From Eledone cirrhosa (lineage: Eukaryota), in NCBI GenBank assembly GCA_964016885.1, contig OZ024740.1:256866001-256930000 (forward strand): 64,000 bases of DNA. The letters run 5' to 3'. A program made the translations under genes and the position numbers. This document shows positions 1-14,726 of this stretch, in pieces. How positions within the stretch are numbered: position 1 is the stretch's first letter; each line of letters starts with the position of its first letter. Below the pieces are notes generated by a model. That model worked only from the letters and a program-made list of their open reading frames with translations, was not told the origin of the DNA and made no database searches.

Positions 1-59
1 AGCCTCAAGAGTTAAAGGCCTAAAATTATCCCTCTTGTTCTCTAGTTTCCTCATCAGCA

Positions 60-2520
60 TCATTACGCCCCACCTCAGAGAATTGGGAATTCTCTCGTTC
101 TGCTGCCAGTTGCAGTAGAACGCTTCGAGGAAATCGGAGAAGAACAAATCTGGCATATCTACGTAAAGCTCGTAGGACAGACCATCCAAACGGGGTGATT
201 TGCACCTCGTGCAACCGACTAGAGCATCCCAAATTTTAGCCGAAGTCATCGGCCTTTCGCACCGCCCAACATGGGCTGTCGAGAGACGTGGCATGCCGTC
301 GAGGTAGGGATTGATGTCTGCCACCGTCTCCCACCCGCAAAGTGCTGGCGAAAGGCTTCACACATCTGCCTGGAATCATTCAGATCGCATCCGTCTCGGT
401 CCGTCAAAGACCGAATTGTGGTTTTGTTACCAAGCTGCACCTCCACCACTCGGGCTCATCGAACTGCTTTCGTTCCCTCGTTCTTAGAGCACACACCTTA
501 ACTCTGACAAAGCAGCCTTCGTTTTTCGCATTGAAGAAATGGTCTAGTGCCATTATCGCAGTTAGCACGTCGGTTACAATGCCACTCGTAATCGCCTTAT
601 CTAATTTAGTTTATAACTATCCCTACACTTTATTTTTTCTTATCGCTACTTCTTTACTGAATGCTATGGACTTTCATCTAATCGCTCTCTTGAGAGCACC
701 CAACCACCTGTTGTTGATGATGGCTCTTGTCAACTACAGCTTAGCTAATTTGCTAATCCGGTTGCCTTGGGCTCTACGCGCCAGGAACGATGTGTTAAGC
801 TTCCAGTAAACGGGTCCCTCTCCACGTGTTCTATTTAGGTCGACCATTCAAGGCGACTGTATGTAATTGTGGACACCCTATACTATCCTTATCCACTAAC
901 CTGATTAGAAACCTATCTAAGTACGATCTAGATGTCTCAAAGCGGTTTGTACAGGTTCACATTGGCGCATTGTGAAAATCTAGTCGGTACCTGTCAGACA
1001 GTTGATACTGGCTGATCAAGTTTTGAGGCGTTTGCAATCCCCACTTTTATCGGATACTCCCACAGAATCCCAACATGCGTTCAAGATGCCATTCCAGTCC
1101 CCAACTAACACTAAATGGTGAGACGTTCCTAGCAAAGCTTCCCGGCGCCTAAAGAATTCTCGCCCTCCTTCCCTAGTCGGGGTTTAGACAGCCATCAGTC
1201 TATAACACCACCTTCACTATTGTTCAGATCCAGGACTACCAACTTACCGTCCAGGTCCAGGAAGATCGTCCGTACCTCGAGACCCAGGCCTTTACTAAAC
1301 AGCACTGCCACCCGCTTCACCTTCGAGGCCGGCTAAGTGATGTGTAGATCTCAAAGTTGTCAAGAATAGGGGCTAGTGCGTGCGAGTAAGAAATCCTGGT
1401 CTCGCTGACAGCTGTCACATCCACGGCTTAGTGACCTGAGGTCGTTTAGCACCCGCCCTTGCTTCCAGGTCGAGCCCAGGTCACGAACATTTATGCATCC
1501 CACTCTTAATATCCCCATGTTGGTCAGAAAAAAGGAGAAATAAAGGTTGCTTATCCCCCGGGTGCTGTTGGAGGTCGGGTGGTTCGACCTCTATCCCTGG
1601 TTGGTGGTGTTCCTTTGGGAACCCCTTTAAAAGTCTACTTGAGGCTTTTACACTGGGTGTTCCCACGTCGTTGGTAAAGTTCTCCCTAATTGTTTTATAA
1701 TTGTCTAATGCAATCCGCACCAGCAAAAATGTTTGTGGCAACTTGAAGGTGCAGGTGCTGAATGCCTCCCTTTCTTTCTCTATGTCCTTTCTTCGTGTTA
1801 TGATGTTCAGTAGTTTTGTATTCGATTTCCTCTCTAACACGAAGTTAGGTGTTTTTGTGGTTGTGAGTTGTTGCTGTCTGTTTTCTTTTAGTTGTTTGTG
1901 TCAGTAGTTGTGTTGTTGGTGGAGGTGGAGTTTGTGTTGACGGTTGTGTTGTTGCGGGGTGGGTGTTGTAGTATGTGTGTTAGTCTTTGGTGTGAGTGTG
2001 TCTTCTCTGTTTGTTGTTGTTTGTGATGGTGTGTGAGATTTATTCTTGTATTTTGTTTTTTATTTTTTAGCCTTTTGGTGTTCCTCCTCATCTTCGCTCA
2101 GTGATGAAGAGGTTGCTGTGTTTGTGTCAGGTGTAAGTGGGAATGTGTGTAAGGGTGTGTGTATGTGTTCCAGATATACTGCCGAATTGCTTGCCCCTTA
2201 CACCAGTGTTCTCCTATCTCTTGCTGCTAATATTTCGTTCGGAATTTTTAGATTGACCCAGGTATTTACAAACGCTATTAATTGGACCGCCTGTGCCAAA
2301 TGTTCCTCCAAGTTATCGAGGTCGATTTCAATAAGTCCTTTAGCTTACGCAGCTGTTGCTGAAAATGTGTTTTTCTTGTTGTTGTTATTGTTCTTCGTAT
2401 TCTCATTTTTTGGTTCAGTTGTTGCTGTCGTGTGTGTTCATTTTGTTTTTCGTTTTGTTTGTTTCTGCTCATTGTCTTGTCCTTCTTTGCTGGCATCTTT
2501 GCCCCCATTTATTGTAATGT
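60..2520 (-). mobile_element. Degraded Tx1/L1-clade non-LTR retrotransposon (ORF1 remnant, APE endonuclease, start of RT)
   Basis: ORF2 ATG at 1518 reads MGILRVGCINVRDLGSTWKQG..LNDLRSL (APE N-terminus). GNKTTIRSLTD..QMCEAF matches the other Tx1 copies. Many stops and frameshifts. Confidence 0.85.
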
Positions 2521-2945
2521 CTTACATTTTCTCACATATACTTTTTTTTCTTGCCTTTTCCCCTTCTTTTCTTTTTTCTTTCTTTTTTTCTTTGTATTAC
2601 TCGTGTTTTACGTGATATGTGAGGCACCAGACTATTTCCCTAACGTCACACAAAATTGTATATGTTGTAGCTTAACGGTTCTAAATTACTGTCTGTCTTT
2701 CGTCTCTTATTCCTTTGGACAACATTTGGCTTATGTCAGACGCTGCGACCACGGATGGATAAGAAGTACCGTTGGTAATGGCTAAACTGCCCAAGTCCAT
2801 CTCAACGGCCGATGGCGCTGGAGTTCTGTGTCCTTCGTTTGTATATATAGTTTTAAAAAAATAATTTTTTAAGGTTTTCCCTGAAAATTTGTTTTTCTTT
2901 TTGTTTTGTTTCTATTCGTTATCTTGTCCTTTGTTAATTTGCTTA

Positions 2946-2949
<4 letters not shown>

Positions 2950-3042
<93 letters not shown>

Positions 3043-3123
3043 ATATATATACATATATATGTGTGTATATATATATATATACATATATATATATGTGTGT
3101 ATATATATATATATAAATATATA
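2950..3123. repeat. (TA)n/(TG)n microsatellite
   Basis: Seen directly; one of dozens of such tracts in the window. Confidence 0.95.
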
Positions 3124-3279
3124 CAGTCCTGGCCAAGACAGTAAACTCTACCCGGTGGTGAGGCTCCAGTTCGAGAGTTCTTGGGTCCTGGGGAGCATGA
3201 CGTTACCATTTAGTCACCGTTCTAACCAGGTCCGCTCTGGGTCTCAGGGTCCCACCTATGGATTAAATATTCTTAATGG

Positions 3280-4290
3280 TGAGGCTTGTTGTTCCAGAAC
3301 ACTGAGTTTACCGACATCTTTGGTAGCATTCAGCAGCTACATCACAGCCTTGGCAACTGCATTCGTGCCTCTGATGAAGGGGTGTGAGCCAGAGGCTAGG
3401 AGAAGGACGCTCTGGTGTAAAACGTACGACCCGAGGACCTCCCTCTCATCGTCCCAGCTTGCTTGGCTAGGACAGATGAAGCGCGGGTGTAAAGGGTAGG
3501 GTCATTTTAGCACACACTGTACTTCACCTGAAAACTCCACTGCACCAGCTTGAAGGATGTCTACGACCACCAAACACTTCAAGCCATGTAGCGAAGAGAA
3601 AGTGGCGAAAGCGGCAGGTGTAAAATGATACTGGAAGCCATGGTTCCAATTCTGCATGACGGCAATTCTGGGCTTTTGTCATTTGATGTTGAGTCGGAAC
3701 GACAGTAACGTACCGCACATCCTGATTAACCAAGCAGCCTTCTCTAGAGACAACATTCTTTCCTCCACATGAAGAGCTGTCTAGAAAAAGTGGCCTAAGC
3801 AAAGCTCGACTCCTACACCACCCAGTTGGTAAACCGCGGTCAACGTGCATCTTCTCATGGGATCAAAAAACTTCGAGGTACAAAAGGTACACATCTACCT
3901 ACAAGTTTGTGAATAGACTGAACATCGCTAGATGGAACATGAGAGCCATACTAGAGATAGTTGACAGCAGTCGTCCAGTACGTCGACCTCCTTTAATAGC
4001 ATATGAACTGTCAAGATTGAATGTTCGCATCGCTGCCCTTAGTGAAGTTCGGTTTCCAGAGGAAAGCAGGCTACAAGAACATGACGCCGCATACCCTTTC
4101 TTCTGGTCAGGTAAACCAGTAGCAGAGTGATGTCTTTCAGTAGTCAGGAATTCTATCGCTTCCAAGCTTGAAAACCGGCCAACAGGTAATTCTGACTGCA
4201 TCATCTCTATGAGCCTACCACTAAATAATAAACACTATGCTACGCTCTTCAGTATGCACCCAACTCTTCAAGCAGATCCTGCGGAAAAGT
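3280..4290 (+). mobile_element. RTE/BovB-like LINE 5' fragment (5'UTR plus APE N-terminus)
   Basis: ORF 3909-4130 LNIARWNMR..RPVRRPPLIAYELSRLNVRIAALSEVRF..YPFFWSGK is typical of an RTE-BovB endonuclease start. The left boundary is uncertain. Confidence 0.75.
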
Positions 4291-4707
4291 ACACGATTTC
4301 AATCTCTTGTCCCATTAAGCGGATTGTGTTTTAATTTGGTGGCATTTTAAGGTTCCACCAATAATATTTTGAGCCATTAGTTTCAACATATTAATTCCTA
4401 TTTGTTATTACTTTTCTCGTCTGTAGTGTAAATCAGTTCGCTCAAGCTAACAACATTATGTCACCTGTAAGGACATCTTTTTCGCAGTTAGCAACAATAT
4501 GGCTAACATTTCCAGTTGTTCTTTTGTACACCCTACATTTATTATCAACTTATGAATTTTCTCTTTTGTGAAGTAGGTCATTGGTGAAGATTTTTGCCCT
4601 TGGATCACATGGTGGTATCCTTAAACATGGGGTGTTATGAACTTGTTGAAACTCGATGTCAGGCTTTTAGGGATGGTTAGGTAATGTATGTATATATTTA
4701 TGCATGC

Positions 4708-4738
<31 letters not shown>

Positions 4739-6339
4739 TGTATGTATGTATGTATGTATGTATGTATGTCTTAAGAGCACCTTTGACATCCAAAATCACC
4801 TGGAGAGATGGCCCCTTAGCCTTTATCAAGGCAGAATTCTAGGAGAAGCACAACTCTGATATAACACCTGCAACCCTGATGGTATCCAATGATGTTGACT
4901 TGTTCTTCTTTTTGGTAAATATCATCTTGGTTTAGAGAGTGGAACTGGCTTTGTGCAGTGCCTTTGCTCACTATAAAAGCTTCACGGCACAGGCATTGCG
5001 TTATATCTGGAGATCTCTCTGCACTTGTCATCACTTGGTACCATGGGCCCAGCATTATGTGTCAATAATTGTCACAAGTGTAGTGTTTGTACCAGAGTTT
5101 TCGAGTCGCGGTCTGACTAAAAAGTCACACTCGTTCAGCGCATCGGTAGGGGTTCTCCTACATGGTTATAAAGTAGTGGCCGTACTCGAAAACGAGTTGG
5201 CAGCCACCATGTATGTATGTATGTCCTATACATTCAAAAACAATTTCTAAAACTGTCTGTGTATAGAAGTGAATAAACAATATATATATAAATATAGATG
5301 TATGTGTGTGCGTGCTAGAAAATCCCTGTTCATTAGTAAAAGGGACAAACACAAGATATACATACACACGATACACGCACACACATTCCTGTATATCATA
5401 TATGTATATATACCCACATATATATATATACATATATATGTGTGTGTGTGTGTGTATACACACACATATATCGCAGGCACATACACGCACACACATACAT
5501 ATAAGATTTCTGTTTACTTAGTCTGACCTCACCACCGAAACTCTGGCGCCCTCCTCATCTCATCAATATCTCACTATTTTATTAAGTGAAACAAAACAGT
5601 AACAGAACACCATTTCATATGACCAAGCCCAATCACACACACACACATCCCAGGGACCTACTCCCTTACCCACACTCTCCGCTTTCTTTTAAATCACTTT
5701 CTTGCTAACTCGTGCAGAATATTGTTATTCTTGTCGTTGTTTATGTTTCGTTAAACCAGCCAACCGTGACCACACCATTTTCCCCTGTATCCTCAATCCA
5801 TCTCCACCTTTCGCCGAATAAGAAGATGATGTTGGTGATGGCAACTAGAATGGATTGAACCTCGTTGATTTCGACGATGAGTTGTTCGATCATCAGAAAA
5901 GCCTGTTCATGAAATCAACGTTTGGCTAAGTATTCCTCAGATACTTGTATTGAATATGTGAAGTTTACCCCTCTGAATAACTGGTACAATCCATCTAAAA
6001 CTTTTTCGCCTACCTAATGTCACAGACAAGGCTTGGGCCAACCCGAATGTAAGGTAAATGATGCCAGGCTGTAGGTCAAACCCATGACCTATCCTTGACC
6101 ATACTTCGTCCAATAAGATGACGGTGAATAACTAAATCTGTCACCTTAGTTTCAAGGATTTATCAACACACTCTTTCTTTTTCTCTTTCTTTTTTATATT
6201 CCCCCTCTCATTCTCTCTCTTTTTTCTGTCGCTCTCCATCAACTACATCCCTTTCTTCCTCTTCACTGATTATTTTCTTTACTTCCATGCCTCTAGAGCT
6301 TATCCCACAACAGGCCAGGGATTTCTGGAAGTTTTCCAT

Positions 6340-8627
6340 AGGCCCCGATCTGAAAGTTCTCTTGAAGAGAGTGAACGTCGTCGATCTTTCCCTCCACTAG
6401 CCCTCTATAGAACGTCGAGGTGGATGTTCCACCGATCCTAGTGCCCAGCTGGTAGAGGGCAGTGAGCGCTTGGAGACATTCCAGCTTCCAAGCGCTATTC
6501 GTCGGTCTTTTCCTGATCCAAAACTGCAGCTCCGTCAAGGAGACGAGCTGGGGAAAAGCGCGTCTGGCAAACGGCGACCACACCTGTTCACCCGTCAAGG
6601 AAGCACCAGAGATGTCGCAGCCTCAGCTCATGTTTGCGCATCATCAGCCATGGCATGCCTAGTCCTCCACGCAACAGGTGTTGACAGCAGATGGATCGTC
6701 TGACCATGGGAGCACGTCCTTTCCATAAAGAGCGGAAGAGAAAGGTGCTCCATTTTAGTCAGAGTTGGGCGGGGACAAGGTACGATGGTCAGGCGGTAGC
6801 AGATGACGGACCGAACCAGACACCAAGCACTTTAACCGATCCTCCCGTCCAGCGTCCCACGACGCTGTCGGACGCCATGGACTTGCCTCTCCTTGTGTTG
6901 AGTTGCAAGCCCACGTACTTTTCCTGGTTTTTATTTACTCCTGTCACCATTTCGTATTCCTTGAGAGCGGTGCCGAGCATTTGGACGTGTTTGGTGCTCG
7001 ACATCACAACGGTGACGTCGTCGGCGTAAGCTGAACGGATCTCCCACATCCCAGTTCGCGTGGGATCTCCCTCATCGTCTCCAATTTGTGAAGTAACGGC
7101 TCGAGGGCCTGTACGTACAAGAAGCACGAGAGGGGCAAACCCTGGTGGACCGAGCGCATGATGCTGAAAGGTTGCGACAGGTGACCATTCACCCTAAACA
7201 ATCGAGCATATGTCGCTGTGCATCGCAGCGATCCAGCCCCTAAAGTCGGGCGCGAAGCCGGCCGCCTCGAGGACCGCAGCCAGGTACCGATGGTCGACCC
7301 TATCAAATGCTTTAGATTTATCCAAGTTCATCAGGGCCCCTCCCATGACAGGTTCAGTAGCCATCCTCTCTATGATGTATCGCATGAGCTGGAGGTTGTC
7401 GTGGATTGATCTGTCCGGAATGGCGCATGTCTGCGACTCACCCACCAGATCATGGACGACAAGCACCAATCTCTTTGCTAACACCTTGGCCAAAATCTTA
7501 AACTCTGCGTTTAGCAGAGTTATGGGCCTGAAGTTGTCTATAATGTCCCCCTTGTTCGGGTCTTTTCTCAGCAGCGCCACCGCTCCCTGGCTCACAAAAC
7601 TGGGAATGCTCCCGTTTTGCTGCCAGTTGCAGTAGATGTCTGCCAAGAAGTTGCCGAACAAATCTGGCTTATACGCATAAAGCTCGTAGGGCAGACCATC
7701 CAAACCTGGCGATTTACTCCTCGTGCAGTCAGATCGCTTCTCGTATTTCATTGGCTGTTATCGGCCTTTCGCAGCACTGCGCAGACAGCATTCCGTCGAA
7801 ATATGCACCGAAGTCCATACCCTGACCCGGCCCGCCGTTCCCGAACAATCAGAGCAAAGTGCTGTTGAAAAGCCGCACACATCTGCTCGGGTTCGAGCAA
7901 CATGCGCCCGTTTTGATCAGGCAAGGACCGAATTGTGGACTTGTTGCCACGTCGCGCCACCACTACCCGGGTCCATTGGACAACCTTCAATAGCCAGATC
8001 TGTTTTCTTACAGAATACCCTATCTAAATACGATCTGGATGACCCGATGCGGTTTGCCCATGCCCACATTGGCATATTCAGATAATCCAGTATATATATG
8101 TCAGGCAGTTCAAAACATCTGAGCAGCGTGTTGAGGCTTTTACACCCTCCTGCCCTGTCTACTAGCCCCACATAATCCCAGCGTCCATCTAAGATACCGT
8201 TCCAGTCGCCCATTAACACTAAAGAGCGGGACGTTCCCAGAAAGGTCTCTAGACGTCTGAAGAAATCTGGCCGTCCTACACCATTTGGGGCGTAGACGGC
8301 TACTAGCCTGAAAGCATTGCCTTCGCTGCCGGTCACGTCCAGCACCACCGACTTACCTTCTGGGTCCAGGAATATGTCCCGTATGGCGAGATTCAAGTCT
8401 CTCCGAACTAGCACTGCCACCTCTCTCCCCGAACCTGGACGGCTGGGAGATGCGTATACATCGTAGCCGCCGAAGATCAGTGCGAAGGCTTGTGCTTCGG
8501 AGATTCTGGTCTCGCTGATGGCCACCACATCTATATTTAGTGACATGAGGTCGTTGAGCAGGTAACCCTAATTCCAAGATGACCCCAGGCCACGTACATT
8601 TATACAGCCTATTCTAAGTACGGCCAT
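6340..8627 (-). pseudogene. Tx1 copy A ORF2 (APE + RT), frameshifted
   Basis: Motifs DVVAISET, MGDWN, SYLDRVF, KSPGLDG, NFRPITLLN, KAFDRV, QG.PLS and AYADD are spread over several frames. There is a deletion near 7985 between EN and RT. Confidence 0.9.
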
Positions 8628-8664
8628 GTTGGATGAGAAACGAGGCAAGTGAGAAAGGTTCACT

Positions 8665-10598
8665 TACCTTGATCGTGTGGTGAAGGGACAGTAGAACCGT
8701 CCCTTTGGCTGGTCATGGGTGTTTCCAAGAGGATGTCGGTGTATACCCTCTTGGTAACCGACCCTCTGAAGACTCCAACTGCGTTGGGGAATTGTTGTTA
8801 TAAAAGTTTGTACTGTTCTATTTTGATTTCAATGATGCTTATGTTTGTCGGGATAATTCTTGGTGTTGGTGGGGTGTAGTAGTTTTTTTCTGTGATGTCT
8901 GTGTGCTGCTTTATATGTTGTATGAGTTCTTTATTTGCCATGTTTATGGCTGTGTACTTTTGGGAGTAGGGGTGATTTTGTTGCTGTTTTCTTGTTGTTG
9001 CTGTTGGGTGTGTGTGTTTTGTTGTGTTTGCGATGTTGGTGTTTTTGGTGATGCTGGCGGTGGTGTGGTTGTTGTTGGTGGTGATGCTTGTGCTGGTGTT
9101 GCTGCAAGTATCCTTGCAGCCTTTACCCCTCTTTGTCTGCCTTCACTTTTGGAGAGTGAAGCTAAGGGGTTTTCCTCTTTTGTTTTTGTGGCAGATCGTT
9201 TGCCACTTCCATCCCGCCTCACACTCCATGTCAGACTCCGCAGCGTCTGGGAAGGGGCATGAGCTCCACTGCTGTTGGTGTTGGTAGTGGAGCCCGCTCC
9301 GGTGATTTTACCGCCGGCGTAGCTACTGCGATTGTTGGTGTTGCATCCACTGCTGCCGCTGCTTTAGTTGTCCGTGGCCCTGGTATGGGTGCCACTGACG
9401 TTGCCCTCCTATTCACTATGGAAGGGTCTTCAGCCTCTGTTGCCTGCCCAGCTCTTGGTAGCAACGGATCAGGCGTCGGAAGGAGGGGTGCCCTCTTCTT
9501 GGCTGTCTTCTGCGGGCAGAAGGCCCTGAGGTGACCCTTCTGTCTACAGAGATAGCACTTTGGGCGCCTTCCTTCCACACTTATAGGGAGTTGGTGTCCT
9601 TCTTCGAGGTCTATGATCTCTGGGATGGCCTCGATGCCCTCCTGGTCAGTCTGTATTAGCATTTGCATGCCTGTTCCTGACCAGGTCTCTCCTCTCATTC
9701 TCTGTATTTGCAGTATGGTGGTCTTCTCCTCGATTCCAACAAGTACAGACGCGGCCAGCCAAGGTATGGGCACGTCAGGTGGGACCTGGGTCACTTTGAC
9801 CCTCACAATTTTCTTCCCGCAGTAGGAGGGCACCAAGACTATCTCCTCACTCTTTAGGGTTTCCAAAGAGTGAGACTTTGCCTCTTAGGGGGTGCCGAAA
9901 AGTACGTCTACTGTGCGCCCAGACGCACTCCAAAGCCTTTTGGATTTGAGCCTCCGTGGCTCTCTCCATCCGATGTGACATCTTGCTTACGGTGCAGTAG
10001 GTCACCGTCCGTAGCTGCTGGCTCTTGAAAAAATCCGGTGGAGGTTTCAGGGAAACTCTATTGGCGTTTCTTGTCACCATGGCCCTTGCGACTGCCATCT
10101 CCTCCTCTGTGACTAACACTGTTTCGATATTTCGGGCGACACCTGCAAAAGAAGTGGTCCCTTTTTCAGAGGTACCACTATTGCTGCCGCTACTGGTCTT
10201 GCTAGTGGTGCTGAGATCGCTGTTACAGGTATCGGTGTCATTGTTGATGTTTTCGTTGGTACTGTTGTTGGTGTTGCTGTTGTTACTGTTATTGTGGCTG
10301 TTGTTATTATTGTTGTTTTTGTTGATACTGTTCCTACTATTATTGTTGTTGTGGCTGTTGTTATTGTCATTGTTATTGTCGTTCTCGACCTTACCGCTGT
10401 TATTTTGTTTTTGCTGTTGTTATTGATGGTGTTGTTTGTGTTAGAAATATTTGGTAATTTTAAATCTGTAACAATATCATTAAAAATGATATTCTGCCGC
10501 TTTTCCTTCGTAATATTTTCTTTTATATTTACCTTTGCTAGAACGCTGTCTTGTTGATATGCTGACAAAGTCTCCCTCTCTCTATGTTGTCTGACCAC
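8665..10598 (-). pseudogene. Tx1 copy A ORF1 (zinc-knuckle RNA-binding protein), frameshifted
   Basis: CYLCRQKGHLRAFC (CX2CX4HX4C) in ORF 9231-9866, with Thr/Gln-rich low-complexity flanks. Confidence 0.8.
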
Positions 10599-10859
10599 GC
10601 TCTCTCTCTCTCTTTCTTGTGTTATCCATATTGAAAGACATTTTTTTCTCCAAATAATATTATTACTTAATACGACATCCCATAAGGGTATTATTTACGA
10701 GTGAACCCATGTATTAGGTGGGTCACTTCTTCTAAACTTTTATCAAGTTAAAATTTGAATAAAAGGTTTAGAACGGTTGAAAACGAGGTAATACTGTTGA
10801 AAAAAAATTTGAGCCGATAAGAAGCATGGCTTCACTACAATAATAATAATGATAATAAT

Positions 10860-10975
10860 AATTGTTTCTACTTTTGGCACAAGGCCAGCAATTACTCAGT
10901 GCATTACTGGTACTTTATTTTATCGTCCCATAAGGATGAAAGGCAAAGTTAACCTTGGCGTGATTTGAACTCAGA
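10860..10975 (-). mobile_element. 5'-truncated tRNA-derived SINE (Nin/Deu-type core) between (AAT)n tracts
   Basis: Core TTTGCCTTTCATCC..GATAAAATAAAGTACCAG and tail GTAGAAACAATTATT on the minus strand; matches the fuller copies at 30552 and 52889. Confidence 0.85.
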
Positions 10976-10984
10976 ATAATAATG

Positions 10985-11050
<66 letters not shown>

Positions 11051-11302
11051 CTTTCTTTATTAACCACAAGGGTTTACACAAAGTAAACGTTAAGGACAGT
11101 ACAGGACAGTACTGGACGGTACAAAAGGGCATTTCTGCGTCTAAAAAAAACCCCAAAACAGAGGATGTAATAATAGAACAATGAAAAAATTCCCCAATAG
11201 GGGGGAGACTTCCGAAGGACATTCGTGGAGAAAGCCCATTAAAAAGCCACAGTGACCCTGACCACCAGGACAGGTGTCCTCTCCCAGTTTTCAACCTTTA
11301 AT

Positions 11303-14300
11303 TTACAGACACATACTCAGAGTAGGCCCAATCACTCGGGCCATTCTTGCCTCTCTCACCCATCTTTCAACAACATGCTGGGAAGAGAGCACTTCCCTTT
11401 CTACCCTCATTTTCCTTTTCAAATGAAATTTGAAAAAGTTAATCAGGGCATCACCGAAGAGGTAAGTGCTCGTCTTCAGCCCTTTCAAACGTGTCCACCA
11501 TACTATCTCTTTCGCCATGGCCACCAGACAGATAAAAACTGCCTGCCCTTCCCGGCTAAAGAAAGAGGGCGGGGCAATCCTCACGATGGACTCAGATGAT
11601 AGCCGGATCCGTCCTACACGCGACAGCAGGTGTTCGACATAAACCCACAAGTCAGCAATGCTCGGACACTGGACGAGTGCGTGCAAGACGGTTTCGTCGC
11701 CTTGCGCGCATCTCGGACATGCCCGGCTGACGGCACCTCCATGCCTGTAGAGTTTATCCCGAACTGGCAAAGCTCCTCGGTAGCACTGCCAGGACAGGCA
11801 TTTCTGGAAGTTGTCCATATTCCCCGGCCCGAAAGTTCTTCCGAAGAGATTGGCTAGTTGATTTTCGTCGACGCCTAGAATTTCGCCAAGTACGTCGTCG
11901 CTCTTCCCCTCCACTAATCCTCTATAGAACGCCAAGGTGGAGTTTCCACCGATCACATTGCCCGATTGGTCGAGGGCTGGGAGCGCCTGAAGACATTCCA
12001 GTCTCCAAGCGCTCCCTCTCGGTCTTCGCTTGACCCAGGACTGCAGCTCCGTCGAGGAGACGAGCTGGAGAAAGACGCGTCTAGCAAAGGGCGACCACAC
12101 CTGAGGACCGCCGAGGTGAGGTGGAGATGTCGTAGCCTGAGCGCGTGTCTTCGCATCATCAGCCACGGCATGCTCAGCCCTCCACGTAGCGGGTGTTGAC
12201 AACAGATGGACCGCCTGACCATCGGAGTGCGTCCTTTCCACAAAAAGCGAAAGAGCAAACGCTCCAGCGCAGTCAGGCAGGGCTTAGGACAAGGTACGAC
12301 GGTCAGGCGGTGGTAGATGACGGACGCGATGTACGCGTTAGCCACCTCCGCTCGACCTTTTAGGGATAGCTTCCTCTCCGCCCATTTCTGGGTGACAGAA
12401 GCCAACCTGCTCGGCACCTCGTGCCAGTTTTTGTCCGTCTGGAGGTCCGGACCAAACCAGACCCCTAGCAATTTAACCGACGACGCTGTTGGACGGCATG
12501 GACCTGATGTCCATGTGCCGAGCTTCAAGCCCACTGACTTTTCCTGGTTGATCATTGCTCCTGTCACCGCTTCGTATTCACTTAGTGTAGTGCCGATTGC
12601 CTCGATGTGTTTGGCGTTCGACACCACTACGGTGACATCATCCGCATACGCTGACACGGATCTTCCGCATCCTAGTTCGCGCGGGATTCCCCTTAACGTC
12701 TCCAGTTTGTGCAGTAATGGCTCGAGAGTCAATACGTAGAAGAGGGACGAGAGGGGACATCCTTGGCGGACGAGCGCATGATACGGTTCCGAAAGGTGAC
12801 CGTTCGCTCTCACCACAGAGCAGATGTCGCTGTGCATGGCAGAGATCCAGCCTCTGAAGTCGGGCCCAAGGCCAGCCGCCCTCAGGACTGCCGCTTGGTA
12901 ACGATGGTCGACCCTATCGAAAGCTTTCGAGTGATCTAAATTGATCAAGGACCCACGCGTGCCAGGTTCCTTAGCTACCCTCTCCACGATTTATCACATG
13001 AGGTGGAGGTTGTCGTGGATGGATCTGTCGGGAATGGCGCATGTCTGCGCCTCTCCCACCAGACCATCAACGACAAGCGCCAACCTCTTTGCTAGCACCT
13101 TGACCAAAATCTTGAACTCTGTGTTTAGCAGAGTTATGGGCCTGAAATTATCTATGTTATCCCCCTTGCTTGGATCCTTTCTCAGCAGCGCCACAGCTCC
13201 TCGGCTCACAGAGCTGGGAATTCTCCCGTTCTGTTGCCAGTTGCAGTAGACGTCCGCCAAGTGGCTTCCGAACAAGTCTGGCATCTGTACGTAAATTTCA
13301 TAGGGCAGACCATCCAAACCAAGCGATTTACCCCTTGTGCAGACAGTCATTGCCTCCCGTACTTCAACGGCTGTTATCGGCTTTTCGCAACACTCCGCCT
13401 CAGTGGCCGAGAGCCGCGGCAGTCCGTCGAGGTAGACACTAAAGTCCATCCCTCGATCCGTCCCGCCGCTGCCCCCGAACAGCTGAGCGAAGTGTCGCTG
13501 AAAAGCTTCACACATTTGCCCGGGATTGTGTAGCATGCGCCCGTCGTGGTCCACCAAAGACCGGATCGTGGCTTTGTTGCCACGACGCGCCTCTGCCACT
13601 CGGGCCCATTGAACGGCTTTCGTCCCCTCGTGTCTGAGAGCACGCACCCTAGCTCTGACACCGCAACCTTCGTGCTTTGCATTGAAGAATTGGTTAAAGG
13701 CCAATTTCGCCGCAAGTACGTCGGTCGCGATACCTTTGCTAAGCGCCTCTATAATTTTCTAACTAGTTCTCCCTCGGCTCTATTTTTCTCTATTGCTAAA
13801 GCCTTACTAAACTTAATGGATTCTATTCTAATCGCTCTTTTCAGAGCAAACCACCTCTTGTTGTTGACGATGGCCCCCGTCAACGCCCGCTTAACTAGTT
13901 CGCTAATCCGATCTATGTAGGCCTTGCGCGCTGTTAAGGACGCGTTTAGCTCCCAGTAGCCGGGTCCTCGTCTATGAAGCCTCTCTAAGTCAAGCAGACA
14001 GATCACGAATTTGTGGTCCGTGTAGCTGACTATCTTGAATTGTGGACAGCCTATGCTAGACCTATCTATTTCCCTACAAAATACTCTATCTAGATATGAT
14101 CTGGATGACCCTATGCGATTTTTCCAAGTCCACATTGGCACATTCGGGAAATCCAATCGGTACCTGTGAGACAGTTCAAAACGCCTGAGCAGGTTGGTGA
14201 GACTCTTGCACCCTCCACCCCTATCCGCTAATCCCACACAGTCCCAGCGTGCATCTAAGAGCCCGTTCCAGTCATCCACTAACACTAAAGGGCGGGACGT

Positions 14301-14693
14301 TCCAAGAAAGGTCTCCAGACGCCGGTAGAAATCAGGCCGCCATGCTCCTGTTTGGGCATAGACAACCACTAGTCTGAAAGCTTGCCCGTCTCCGCTGGTC
14401 ACGTCCAGCACCACCAACTTACCTTCTGCGTCCAGGAAGATGGCCCGTATGGCGAGATCCAAACCTCTCCGAAAAAGCACAGCAACTCCTCCCCCCGATC
14501 CAGGACGGCTGGGAGATGCGTACACATCGTAGCCGCCAAAGATCGGTGCGAAGGCCCGTGCTTCGGAGATTCTGGTCTCGCTGATGGCCACTACATCTAT
14601 GTTTAGTGACCTGAGGTCGTTGAGCAGGTAACCCTGCTTCCATGACGACCCCAAGCCACGCGCATTTCTGCTGCCTATTCTGAGTGAGGTCAT
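11303..14693 (-). pseudogene. Tx1 copy B ORF2 (APE-RT-C-terminal zinc finger)
   Basis: ORF pieces 13749-14726 (APE), 12994-13704, 11953-12987 (RQGCPLS, AYADD) and 11303-12241 (CPRC..ETVLHALVQC). Confidence 0.92.
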
Positions 14694-14726
14694 GTTGAAA
14701 TGGAGTGGAGAAGATGGGAAAGACAC

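Larger units (their letters stand above)
6340..10835 (-). mobile_element. Tx1-clade LINE copy A (3'-truncated, internally deleted)
   Basis: ORF1 with CCHC knuckle, APE domain and RT domain on the minus strand. The 5' end abuts (AAT)n at about 10838. Confidence 0.9.

Noticed and set aside
3371-3400. CTGATGA as a hammerhead
   Set aside because: No correctly placed GAAA or stem III.
3425-3500. HDV-like ribozyme in the RTE 5'UTR
   Set aside because: GGAC..TCC..GTCC is suggestive, but I could not assemble the double pseudoknot by eye.
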